IMG/VR virus record: IMGVR_UViG_3300030098_007301 | Span: 99,966-163,965 of that record | Reading direction: 5' to 3' (one strand) | DNA: 64,000 nucleotides | DNA from: a virus | In this document: positions 44,936 to 53,574 of the stretch, piece after piece | How the letters are laid out: each line of letters opens with the position of its first letter | Position numbering within the stretch: the first letter of the stretch is position 1 | Notes under the pieces: generated by a model | The model's input: only the letters and a program-made list of their open reading frames with translations | Databases searched by the model: none | Told to the model about the DNA's origin: nothing | Program-made: the position numbers and the translations under genes

Positions 44936-45174
44936 CCAAAAAGTTTGTCCCATCCTTTCGGACTGGTTCCAGAAATTAGAAACTCCCTGTCGCCGCTATC
45001 TAATGACTTTAAAGCCATTATACTATTGGTTTGACGCATCCGAAAAAGTTCCGGCCCTTTAACTGTGACGCTATACTCCTCCCCCGTAACCCTGCACGGG
45101 CCGGTGAAAGTGTAAGTGTGGCCCTGCTCGCCGTATGCCTCCGTGTACTGTAGTTTGTCAATATACCTTTCCAT
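44932..45174 (-). CDS. Conserved small phage protein
   Basis: C.VTG...L...DREFLISG.SP..WD.LF motif. Confidence 0.7.
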   Translation of the reverse strand: MERYIDKLQYTEAYGEQGHTYTFTGPCRVTGEEYSVTVKGPELFRMRQTNSIMALKSLDSGDREFLISGTSPKGWDKLFG

Positions 45175-45184
45175 AACGCCGCTA

Positions 45185-45213
45185 ATCCTATGCTAAAAAA
45201 GGTTCCCCGTCAA
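45185..45213 (-). promoter_or_regulatory. Early sigma70-type promoter
   Basis: TTGACG-17-TAGGAT-10 nt-ATG. Confidence 0.7.
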
Positions 45214-45285
45214 CCCCAAAAAACATAAAAATAAAATTTTTATTTTACTTGACAAGCGATTTTTTTTGTGATTAAAAAAGGTACC

Positions 45286-45362
45286 TAAGTCGTTGATAAT
45301 CAGTGACTTAGGGGTCGCGCGCCCATGCTCCGCGTCGTAAGTCGTTGATAGTCAATGGGTTA
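45286..45362. repeat. Paired palindrome element 7
   Basis: TAAGTCGTTGATAATCAGTGACTTA-27-TAAGTCGTTGATAGTCAATGGGTTA. Confidence 0.9.
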
Positions 45363-45560
45363 CGCACTTTTTTTTCTTAATTTTTAAATTTTACTTTTTT
45401 AATGTTTTAATATCACTATATCTATCTATACCCTATACTTATACCTTTATTTGTTATTTATTTATTTCGGGTTCATTATTTCGCAATCACTTATTTGTAT
45501 TTTATTTATTTACTATTTATTATTTCGCAATTATTATTTGGCAATTTTATATTCGCAGGC

Positions 45561-45592
45561 AAAAAAAATCCCCCACTCTTTCGAGTGGGGGA
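45561..45592 (-). terminator. Intrinsic terminator
   Basis: TCCCCCACTC-GAAA-GAGTGGGGGA then T-run on the minus strand. Confidence 0.8.
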
Positions 45593-45627
45593 AGTAGTGT
45601 TATGAGGACTACTACTGAGGGGGGATT

Positions 45628-45816
45628 CTACTTACGCTTCCGCTTCTTGGAAAACTTCAACGTACTAGCATCTTTATTTGAAGCGGTAAAGGTAGACTTT
45701 GCTACCGACTGCCACTCGCTGCGATGCTGATTAAACTTACGCAACTTCTCTACTGAATCCACGGTGAGAGAATTGCCCTCTTGAGTTACATTAACACGAT
45801 ATGTTGTATTTCTCAT
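45628..45816 (-). CDS. Small hypothetical protein
   Basis: 62 aa downstream of the ruvB-like gene. Confidence 0.6.
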   Translation of the reverse strand: MRNTTYRVNVTQEGNSLTVDSVEKLRKFNQHRSEWQSVAKSTFTASNKDASTLKFSKKRKRK

Positions 45817-45831
45817 ACAATCATTATAGTA

Positions 45832-46809
45832 TTAACTCGGATTACCTTTTTCCAATAATTGTGGATTTTTTTCAAACATTTCTTTGGCGGCAACTGATAA
45901 CTGTCTACCATGAGTAGATACCTCAATAAAATTTAATTTTTGCAAGTATATCTCGGCATCAGATTGAATTGCTGCTCTAGTCATTTGTAATTTGGCGGCC
46001 AAATTATATAGACGCACCGTACCCTCACGATGTAAGGTTCTCAGGTAACGGAGTTCGGTCTTGTTCAAACCGTGCGGCATGATATCTAAAATCTGACATA
46101 ATTCCTGCCAATCAGATAATTTAAAAGTTTTAGTATTATTCGCCGCTACATAAGATTTGATATTAGTTGCCATCTTTTGAGCAGCACGACCATTACCCCG
46201 TAAAGCAGGAGCAATATGTTTTGATACGATATCACCAGAGAATTTAATCTTCTCAGTATTAAGTAGAAGTATCTGACCTAATTCGTCATAAGAATAATCA
46301 TCCAAATCAATCCTCTCCATCCTGTCAATCAAAGCATGGAATACTTCTTGTGGTTCAGTAGTGGCGAACAAAAATGTGAGTTTTTTAAAATCAATCTCAA
46401 TATCCGCGCCTTCATAACTAAAAGTATTAGAGTTATGTTTATTAGGATTGGTGATAGTAAGCAATGCCATTGTTACATCCTTGGGTAACATATGACACTC
46501 ATCGAATAAAAATGTAGCATCTTCATTCTGCATATAGGGAACCATAATCTGCTCAACAAATTGTCTGAGATTTTTAATCGTAGCGCAATTCAACTCGATG
46601 TAACGCTTGGGTTGCATCGTGTTAGGCATGACAAGATTCCGCGCAAATGCCCTTGCGAGCATCGTTTTACCCGCGCCCTTGGGCGCGGTAAGCATGATGT
46701 TAGGGACAATCCCTGTCCTTTCAAACGCTCTGATATAAAACTCAAACTTACGCTTGGCGGGATACTGTCCGATAACCGATGGAAACAATGTGTTAGATGT
46801 AGTAGTCAT
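45832..46809 (-). CDS. ruvB: RuvB-like AAA+ Holliday junction branch migration ATPase
   Basis: VIGQ, Walker A PKGAGKT, Walker B FLFDECH, ATT, DR, RG..R sensor, GL...E..YL and C-terminal E.YL....FI.....GR winged helix. Confidence 0.8.
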   Translation of the reverse strand: MTTTSNTLFPSVIGQYPAKRKFEFYIRAFERTGIVPNIMLTAPKGAGKTMLARAFARNLVMPNTMQPKRYIELNCATIKNLRQFVEQIMVPYMQNEDATFLFDECHMLPKDVTMALLTITNPNKHNSNTFSYEGADIEIDFKKLTFLFATTEPQEVFHALIDRMERIDLDDYSYDELGQILLLNTEKIKFSGDIVSKHIAPALRGNGRAAQKMATNIKSYVAANNTKTFKLSDWQELCQILDIMPHGLNKTELRYLRTLHREGTVRLYNLAAKLQMTRAAIQSDAEIYLQKLNFIEVSTHGRQLSVAAKEMFEKNPQLLEKGNPS

Positions 46810-46819
46810 AACTGAGTAG

Positions 46820-46848
46820 ATAATAGAAGATTCGGGGTCGTAAGTCAA
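46820..46848 (-). promoter_or_regulatory. Early sigma70-type promoter
   Basis: TTGACT-17-TATTAT-10 nt-ATG. Confidence 0.75.
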
Positions 46849-46872
46849 CCCCGAAAATCATATTTTTTTATT

Positions 46873-47148
46873 TTACCAATCTCCATCGTTGACATTTAGC
46901 TCAACTGGAGGATTTGGTTCCAGAGTAGGTTGAGTTACTTCTACCTTTGGCTCCGGTTTAATCTCAGTTTTTTGAGTATTGTCAGTTACATTAAGACTGA
47001 TACTTTTAGCTTCCTCTGCATTACTGGCAATGATATCATATCCTGCTAACCACTTCTTACTTACATGAATAACAGCATCGTCTGTAAGGAACTTTCTCAT
47101 ATCCCCAAGACGAACTCCAATGTATTGATTACTTCCTTTTGACTTCAT
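46873..47148 (-). CDS. Hypothetical protein
   Basis: 91 aa ORF. Confidence 0.6.
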   Translation of the reverse strand: MKSKGSNQYIGVRLGDMRKFLTDDAVIHVSKKWLAGYDIIASNAEEAKSISLNVTDNTQKTEIKPEPKVEVTQPTLEPNPPVELNVNDGDW

Positions 47149-47351
47149 AGGTCAGGTAATATCATAAATTTTTCGGGCTTCCAATGCAAGCTAAAAAAAT
47201 ACAAAATTTGCTAAAATCGAAAAAAAATTTTTTATGAATCGCAAAAGAATCATTATTTAGCATTTCTAAAAGTTATGAGATTTTAATAATTTGAGATTTT
47301 AATAAGTGAAAAATCTGAGTTTTTTGGCCGCTCCATATTTGATATTTTTTG

Positions 47352-47458
47352 ATTCACAATTAACTACTATATTTAGCCAAATATAATTCACAATTACAGT
47401 ATTTCGGAAAATCGCATTCACAATTAGACTGGTATTTGCAAAAATCCCATTCACAATT
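47352..47458. repeat. Four direct ATTCACAATT repeats in an AT-rich non-coding gap (possible origin)
   Basis: Copies at 47352, 47386, 47416 and 47449. Confidence 0.55.
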
Positions 47459-47972
47459 CATAAATTTATATTTTATCTCGCCGCTATCTAGTTATTTAGC
47501 ATTATACTGAACTGGTTTGAACTGGTTTGGAACTTGAACTTAAACTGGTTTTGGTTTTAGTTTGGGTTTTATATTATATAGGGGTAAAAGGGAGGTAGGA
47601 GGGAAAAGGGGTTAATAATAAACAAATTTTATTATTAGTTCTTATTTTTAAAAATAAAAAAAGAACAGTACCCATTCAATACTGTTCTTTATCTACTCTA
47701 AACTATGATATTGTTATTTTAGCTTATTTATTATATCTTTACTTATCTTACTCCAATCGTCCTTTTCATAATGGCTATGTCTTTCATCCTTCCATATCCA
47801 ATAGATTCCTAATAATAATCCTACTATAATCTCCACATTAGTTCCTCATAATCTATGTATAAACACTACATTTTCTTATCTCTTTTTATATATACAAAAT
47901 AAAAGCCACTTAAAAATACTGTAAAACATATAAAATATGTAGGTAAATTAAATTAAGTTGGCTTAAAATCCG

Positions 47973-48008
47973 AAAAAAACTCCCCCTTTTCGGTTAGGAA
48001 AAGAGGGA
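47973..48008 (-). terminator. Intrinsic terminator
   Basis: TCCCTCTTTTC...GAAAAGGGGGA then T-run on the minus strand. Confidence 0.65.
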
Positions 48009-48036
48009 ATTTGATTGATGAACGGGGTATATTGTA

Positions 48037-48354
48037 TTAACCCTCGGTTGTTACATTAGGGTCGCCAACTACTTGTGGGCCGTCTTGCCCCGTAGCTTGC
48101 TGTCCCTGCTGTCCAAATGTCTGAGACAGGACTTGGATAGTCCCTGTCGCATCAGCGAGCTTACCAGACCATTTGGTGATTTCCTCGACTACATTAGTAT
48201 GGTCGCCCAATCCGACTGAGCGATTAAATAGCATTTCTAAAACTGCCAATGCTTCTTCTCTGTCGGCTGACAACTTTGCCAAGGTAGCGTTAAATAGCGG
48301 CGGCAACTGTTGTGTCTGCCCCGCTCCTTCTTGAGTATTGGTATCTTCTGCCAT
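48037..48354 (-). CDS. Conserved hypothetical phage protein
   Basis: 105 aa; VGLGDH..VVEEI motif. Confidence 0.65.
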   Translation of the reverse strand: MAEDTNTQEGAGQTQQLPPLFNATLAKLSADREEALAVLEMLFNRSVGLGDHTNVVEEITKWSGKLADATGTIQVLSQTFGQQGQQATGQDGPQVVGDPNVTTEG

Positions 48355-48529
48355 ACTGTTAATATATTAGTTTGTGATTTATGAAATTCTAATTTTTTAT
48401 GTGATTATCCTAATTTTTCCATCGCCATCTTTAGTTGACGCATTAAATCCTGTCATTACTTCGTATATACGCGAAGCTGTTACATCATTAACTCCTTTGA
48501 TATTCAACTCTATATAGCGGCGAATATCC

Positions 48530-48739
48530 TCAATCTTCATCTTCTTCGTTTTCTTTTTCGGCATATCTAATTACTTCTTTTGCTAATTCAGTACATTGCC
48601 TGTCATGTTTCTCGTCTATTAACTGTCTTTTCCAAAGTGGTAACTCTGAATATAGTTTTGTATAAGCTGCTTTATAGCGGCGAGGCCAATCATTTTTCAT
48701 AAACGAAGGGAGGCTGCTCCCCGTTTTCATTTTTGTCAA
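48530..48739 (-). CDS. Hypothetical protein
   Basis: Part of a tightly packed minus-strand run; start uncertain. Confidence 0.5.
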   Translation of the reverse strand: MTKMKTGSSLPSFMKNDWPRRYKAAYTKLYSELPLWKRQLIDEKHDRQCTELAKEVIRYAEKENEEDED

Positions 48740-48917
48740 CTAAAACCACATTAGGTTCTGGTACGTTATCAAAAATCCATTTCTTTATCTCGTTATACTC
48801 CATTTTATCAAAAAAAGAATTAACGATTTCTGAAACTTGGGTTTTATCAAGTATAAAATCTACTTCTAGCTCCCGTTGCTCTTGTACTATATACCCTACT
48901 GCCTTTCTAATTTTCAT
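48690..48917 (-). CDS. Hypothetical protein
   Basis: Tightly packed run. Confidence 0.55.
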   Translation of the reverse strand: MKIRKAVGYIVQEQRELEVDFILDKTQVSEIVNSFFDKMEYNEIKKWIFDNVPEPNVVLVDKNENGEQPPFVYEK

Positions 48918-49209
48918 TTGCGAAATGTTGCGCTTTTAGTATTCGATAGGTATGAAATTCCTTGAACTTTTCAACGTAGTCCTGAGCATCGCCTCTGTCA
49001 TTGAACTCTGCATCGGGTTCTGTCCCATTTATATCTATAACGTAATAGACATAATTGTCAGGGTTCTCGTACTTTGCAGTAGTGCAACCACATAAAAATA
49101 AAAAATATGAAATCAGAAATATGTTTTTTATCATAGATGTCTCCATAAAGCCCACGCTCCAGTTCCTAATACCATCAAATATATTATCAAAGTTATAATA
49201 AAGTTCCAA
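48907..49209 (-). CDS. Putative lipoprotein
   Basis: Internal MIKNIFLISYFLFLCGC lipobox suggests a downstream true start. Confidence 0.5.
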   Translation of the reverse strand: MELYYNFDNIFDGIRNWSVGFMETSMIKNIFLISYFLFLCGCTTAKYENPDNYVYYVIDINGTEPDAEFNDRGDAQDYVEKFKEFHTYRILKAQHFANEN

Positions 49210-49358
49210 TTTAACTGAGCTTTTACTATCCCATCATCCATCGCCCTTTCAAAAATACGATTAGCTTGAACATCGTCGCATCCAGTATCTTTTTTAATTT
49301 TTTCTATAATTTCTTTTCTACTCATCGTCGGGGTTGTCTGAAAGATAGCCATTTGCAA
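49131..49358 (-). CDS. Small membrane protein
   Basis: C-terminal TM helix. Confidence 0.5.
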   Translation of the reverse strand: MQMAIFQTTPTMSRKEIIEKIKKDTGCDDVQANRIFERAMDDGIVKAQLNWNFIITLIIYLMVLGTGAWALWRHL

Positions 49359-49560
49359 CGCGAATTGCGGTAGCCTTTATTCGTTTGTTAGGTTTGAAAA
49401 AGCCTTCCTGACCTAAATAATCTATGGTCTTTTCCATTCTGCTATCCATATCATTCGGGTTTTTGTATATAAATTGAGCTTCGTAATGCTTGCGCTTTTC
49501 GTATATTGATACCGAAAAACCACAAACTCTTATATTATCATGCTTATCCCCCTTGGCCAT
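49318..49560 (-). CDS. Hypothetical protein
   Basis: Tightly packed run. Confidence 0.55.
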   Translation of the reverse strand: MAKGDKHDNIRVCGFSVSIYEKRKHYEAQFIYKNPNDMDSRMEKTIDYLGQEGFFKPNKRIKATAIRVANGYLSDNPDDE

Positions 49561-49813
49561 TTAATATATCTTCTGTTTCTGAAAGTGATTTGTTTAATAT
49601 TGATTTGAGCCGCAAAAGCTCTCCACGATAAAATTCCCTCGTATATCCATCATTGTGAGTGCTTAAATAGTTTATCTTACAATGTTGAAGATAGTCGGTG
49701 AAGTCATTAGTAACTGACTTTTGATAATCTTCAAAAGAATCAATTTCCCATTCCTTTTCAAAAGAAGGGTCTTTTCCTCTTGTTGGTTTAGTATGTCGGT
49801 ATTCCTGTTTCAT
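49544..49813 (-). CDS. Hypothetical protein
   Basis: Tightly packed run. Confidence 0.55.
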   Translation of the reverse strand: MKQEYRHTKPTRGKDPSFEKEWEIDSFEDYQKSVTNDFTDYLQHCKINYLSTHNDGYTREFYRGELLRLKSILNKSLSETEDILNGQGG

Positions 49814-49829
49814 TACTCGAAATAAATCT

Positions 49830-50294
49830 CTAATTAGCTAATTCTGGAAACAGTTTTTGTCTGTCGTCTTTGATAATAATATGAGTGTTTCCTGTCATGT
49901 CTTGAATTTGCTCCCTGACATACTTTAGTACGGCATTCATCTCATCAAGAGTAAATTCGCTTGGCAACTCTCCAGTATAGGAAAAAGTGCGTGTGCGTGG
50001 ATTGCCTTTAGGCCATGCTGAAATCATTGGTAATGTTACTTTCAGCGTTGAATCACAATACCAATACTTTTGATTGTTGCCCCAAGTTTTTTCTTTGAGC
50101 GGCGATTTAAAGTAAACAGTCGCATGACCGTTCTTTTGGCTTGTCATTCTGACTGACGCTCCCTGCGGAAATTGGTCAGTTGATGTTTTGTCGAATATGT
50201 CATCGGGATTTATAGTTGGATTCCTTTGAACTAATCCATTCTTTTCCCATTGTACTCTTGGTATTCCTGTTTTTCTATTCACAATTAGTCCCAT
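49830..50294 (-). CDS. Hypothetical protein
   Basis: 154 aa ORF. Confidence 0.6.
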   Translation of the reverse strand: MGLIVNRKTGIPRVQWEKNGLVQRNPTINPDDIFDKTSTDQFPQGASVRMTSQKNGHATVYFKSPLKEKTWGNNQKYWYCDSTLKVTLPMISAWPKGNPRTRTFSYTGELPSEFTLDEMNAVLKYVREQIQDMTGNTHIIIKDDRQKLFPELAN

Positions 50295-50470
50295 TTAAAT
50301 TTACTCGCTTTCACTTGCATTTTGAATATAAATTGTTTTTGTCTGGCTAATGCCCTATTAGTTCTTTTACGTTTTGATTGTTGAATTTTTCTTTTCATTC
50401 CTTTATTCCCATTCTTTTATCCATTTTACAAAAAAGTATCCTGCTGTTATTGCAATAATTAAAGTTTCCA

Positions 50471-50992
50471 CTAGAACCAAGATGGTTTTTGTCGTTTCGT
50501 CCATTCTACAAAAGGTTTATCGTGCTTGTAATATGCCCTATACTTGTCTACTGATGAAAGATTGTCAAATCCATCAACCTGTCGGCAAGTCATGTTCTCG
50601 GAGATTGCAATAGCGAAGTCTGTCTGCTCTCCAATCGGCGCGAGGGAGTCCTTGACGTTCTCGTAGCACCATGCAATGAAATTAAGCGAGAAGTGCCGCG
50701 CCCTGTTAGGCCAACGATATGTACGCTCATTGCCCATTTCTAAAGCATGAGAACATAACCACTCCATGTTATCGGTAGTTTCGTATGTCCATAGTGTGCA
50801 AGGATGTTTTGAATAACCATGCGTCCTTGGCTCGCCTTTTTGATTGCGTGGAACGTCATCTTGAGCCAATCGTTCAAGTGAGAAACCGTTTGCCAGCATT
50901 TGTGCTGACTCAACAATCATCTTGTTGATATGCTTATCGCATAGATTTCTAGCGGCGATTATCGGATTTTTGTCAGTAGCGAAGATATTCAT
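50471..50992 (-). CDS. Pyrimidine-dimer DNA glycosylase (DenV/endonuclease V-like) family protein
   Basis: MNIF.....P..AA..LCDKHI.KMIVESAQML, HPCT.W and YR.YY..DK...W..R..P.W. Confidence 0.75.
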   Translation of the reverse strand: MNIFATDKNPIIAARNLCDKHINKMIVESAQMLANGFSLERLAQDDVPRNQKGEPRTHGYSKHPCTLWTYETTDNMEWLCSHALEMGNERTYRWPNRARHFSLNFIAWCYENVKDSLAPIGEQTDFAIAISENMTCRQVDGFDNLSSVDKYRAYYKHDKPFVEWTKRQKPSWF

Positions 50993-51005
50993 AACGTAAG
51001 TTATG

Positions 51006-51215
51006 CTACCCTAAATCGGGAGCGAAGTCAACGTCATTACCCTTTTGAGACTCATTTTTAATGTAGTCTAATGATTCCACTACATTAGTTCTTCCCCATC
51101 TAGTAGTAATTACTGATAAATTTCTCGCCCCTCGCTCAATGGAAACTACTGTATCTAAATTAAATAGTATATCTTCCCTTGTATCAGCGTCAGTTAGTGT
51201 TATTAAATGTGCCAT
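51006..51215 (-). CDS. FlbD-like small protein
   Basis: ITLT......ILFNLDTVVSIE......I......VVES...I pattern. Confidence 0.45.
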   Translation of the reverse strand: MAHLITLTDADTREDILFNLDTVVSIERGARNLSVITTRWGRTNVVESLDYIKNESQKGNDVDFAPDLG

Positions 51216-51445
51216 TCTTTTTTTAACTTTTCTATCTCAAATTGTACTTTAGTCGCATTGACTGATACTGTCGGAACCTTTTTGTATCTCCAATGTTCTA
51301 TATCCTTGAAGTCCTTTTTGATTTGAGCCAAATACGCTTTGGTGATTCTCGTTATAGTTTCCTTTGAGTAATCTTCGTATATAATACATTCCTTTGCTAT
51401 CGCTATTCTTATGTCTGTTAGTTTTATGCGCTTTGATTTGGGCAT
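51203..51445 (-). CDS. Hypothetical protein
   Basis: Tightly packed run. Confidence 0.5.
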   Translation of the reverse strand: MPKSKRIKLTDIRIAIAKECIIYEDYSKETITRITKAYLAQIKKDFKDIEHWRYKKVPTVSVNATKVQFEIEKLKKEWHI

Positions 51446-51469
51446 TTATATGTTTATCTACTTCATCTA

Positions 51470-51739
51470 TCATTTGGTAGTCGGAGTGAATCTAAACTCA
51501 AATATAGTTCCTGCTCGCAATTCTTCTTCGCCGTTTATCCATATATCACCTTCAATCAAAAGCGAGTTTGCCTCAATAGAAATTGCTGTAATCTCTAAAA
51601 TATATTCTTTCTTATTCTTCAAAATCATCGTGTGGTGATGCAAGTCTCTAAAATGTATGTTTGCATCTACATAATTTTTCTTTTCCTTTACTCCTTCTAT
51701 CTCTTTAGATAGTGATAATACTTTTAATTTTCCTGTCAT
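51470..51739 (-). CDS. Hypothetical protein
   Basis: ATGA coupling. Confidence 0.55.
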   Translation of the reverse strand: MTGKLKVLSLSKEIEGVKEKKNYVDANIHFRDLHHHTMILKNKKEYILEITAISIEANSLLIEGDIWINGEEELRAGTIFEFRFTPTTK

Positions 51740-51930
51740 GGTTTTATCAACATTAGTTTAGCTTTACCGTCATCGGGAACTATATCCCGCTCCATTGTAA
51801 TGGGGTAGTAAACAGTTGTCACGCCATTTGTATCCGCAAAAGATATTGTTTTATACTGGATTGCTTTGTCGCTTTTGCATCCCACTAGCATCAACGCCGA
51901 AAACGAAAAAAATAATTTTATGATTCTCAT
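51736..51930 (-). CDS. Small lipoprotein
   Basis: MRIIKLFFSFSALMLVGC lipobox. Confidence 0.6.
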   Translation of the reverse strand: MRIIKLFFSFSALMLVGCKSDKAIQYKTISFADTNGVTTVYYPITMERDIVPDDGKAKLMLIKP

Positions 51931-52172
51931 GGGTTTAATTTAGCCTCGCGGATTTTATCTAATATAGCTGGAATCGGTTCTGTTACTGATACCGTAGCAC
52001 CCTTCATCATAACCTCGGTATATGTCTGAGGATATCCTGCTAAATCTTTTTCGACGTTGCCGCCTATGTCGTGATAACAGTTTTCTCGGAATCCATTGAT
52101 TCTTTCGGTGTTTAATGCTACTTGGCCTTGGTAGCCATTCTGGTCTGGTGTTAATGATAATGTAATATACAT
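51927..52172 (-). CDS. FlbD-like small protein
   Basis: YITL...VALNTERI...T.V.M.G..VSVTE....IL.KI pattern. Confidence 0.45.
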   Translation of the reverse strand: MYITLSLTPDQNGYQGQVALNTERINGFRENCYHDIGGNVEKDLAGYPQTYTEVMMKGATVSVTEPIPAILDKIREAKLNP

Positions 52173-52174
52173 AA

Positions 52175-52981
52175 TTACTTTTTCTTTTTAAAATATCTTG
52201 ATGTACCCGCTTGCCCTTTTTCGTACTTTGCCCTTAATGCAACTGCTTCTTTTACTGCATCTTTTATGTTTGTCGCCTTTAAAGGAACGAGAGTGCGTCT
52301 ACTCGTTTGAACTTGTTCTCCCCTCTTACCTTCCCAAAATACTTTTTTGTACTGACCTTTTTCATCCTTCTCGCATCCAAGATATTTCATATAACCCCCA
52401 TCTGTCTTTTTACTTCTTATCTGGATTTTAGCATGATATCTATTAGTTGAATGATGCTGGTAAACGTAGGGAACGTCAGGAATTTTTATCATCCTTTCCC
52501 TATTTTTTTTATTACTATATTCTTTAGTTTGAGTAAAGCAACCCTGCTTACTATAATCAGTCGTTTTCTTAAAAGTACCTTTCGACAATTTTATGATTTC
52601 ATCTAGTTTGTCAGGGGTCAACATTCGGTTTTTTAATACTCTAGGCTGCATTGTGCGGTAAAATATAACTTCATTAAAATCATCTTTTATCTCTAGTGCA
52701 GCATCGGCATATTGTGGTAATTTAACAAACAATCCACTCCCCGATTTTTTAGCCTTACTTTTTTTATTCCTATACCAAATCAACATTCTATTCACGGCAT
52801 CGGTACGGTCTTTAGCTCTCAAAAGTCGAGTCCAAAATGCTCCCCTTTCATCGAAGCTCATAGTCCAAATTTTTCTCTGCATACCGTAAGGCTTCTTATA
52901 GTTTTCGCCTAAATTTAGTCGAACACTATACAATTTGCCCTCTCCTTTTTTCAACTTTGGTAGTTCTCTATACTTCGACAT
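52175..52981 (-). CDS. Basic hypothetical protein, possibly DNA-binding
   Basis: 268 aa Lys-rich. Confidence 0.6.
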   Translation of the reverse strand: MSKYRELPKLKKGEGKLYSVRLNLGENYKKPYGMQRKIWTMSFDERGAFWTRLLRAKDRTDAVNRMLIWYRNKKSKAKKSGSGLFVKLPQYADAALEIKDDFNEVIFYRTMQPRVLKNRMLTPDKLDEIIKLSKGTFKKTTDYSKQGCFTQTKEYSNKKNRERMIKIPDVPYVYQHHSTNRYHAKIQIRSKKTDGGYMKYLGCEKDEKGQYKKVFWEGKRGEQVQTSRRTLVPLKATNIKDAVKEAVALRAKYEKGQAGTSRYFKKKK

Positions 52982-52991
52982 AATTAAATCT

Positions 52992-53228
52992 TCAATCTGG
53001 TTTTCGGTTTTCTTTTATCGCTTTATCTCTCCACTTCTCCTGCAATTTATCCAAGTCTTTGACTAAACCTATCTCCATCTTTAAAGTATAACAGTTTTGA
53101 TGACTCGCTATGCTATTGATTAAGGCATCAAATCTTTCTTTGGCTATCGGTAAATGCGGTTTTAATTCATTCAACCTATTGGATGCCTTACCATACTTCA
53201 TTTTAATTTTACTCATTATCCTTAACAA
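52992..53228 (-). CDS. Hypothetical protein
   Basis: Tightly packed run. Confidence 0.5.
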   Translation of the reverse strand: MLRIMSKIKMKYGKASNRLNELKPHLPIAKERFDALINSIASHQNCYTLKMEIGLVKDLDKLQEKWRDKAIKENRKPD

Positions 53229-53574
53229 ATTTCGTTATATCTAGTTGCTCTTGAAAATTTGTTTCATACTCAAATGGTTCGTAGTCAGGGTCTAAAAACG
53301 GATGCGCTTGAAATTCGTTTGATGTAATCTCTACGCGAGATTGTTTGTTCTTCCAAGGACGCTTGGCATCTTTGCATCTTTGACAATTAAATTTAATAAT
53401 CGGGCCATCAAAATCAGAATATACTTTTACTATATCAACTTCTTCTGTCGTACAATTTGGAATCTCTCGCTTTACCTCATCATCACGGTAGCAATCTTCG
53501 CAAAATACCCATGTGATTATATCCCGCGAGTTTGGGTTTTGATACTTATAGTAGTTTTCTTTTACTTTACCCAT
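53209..53574 (-). CDS. Zinc-binding hypothetical protein
   Basis: CEDC...CQRC. Confidence 0.55.
   Translation of the reverse strand: MGKVKENYYKYQNPNSRDIITWVFCEDCYRDDEVKREIPNCTTEEVDIVKVYSDFDGPIIKFNCQRCKDAKRPWKNKQSRVEITSNEFQAHPFLDPDYEPFEYETNFQEQLDITKFVKDNE

Noticed and set aside
35371-45362. Repeat-spacer-repeat units as CRISPR mini-arrays
   Set aside because: Repeats are degenerate within each pair, spacers are all GC-rich and resemble each other (elements 1 and 3 share CGGCGCCCTGCGCGC), units are dispersed, and no cas genes are visible
35371-45362. Elements as integron attC or Xer dif sites
   Set aside because: No RYYYAAC...GTTRRRY ends, no match to the dif XerD arm, and no tyrosine recombinase in the window; recombination by another enzyme is not excluded
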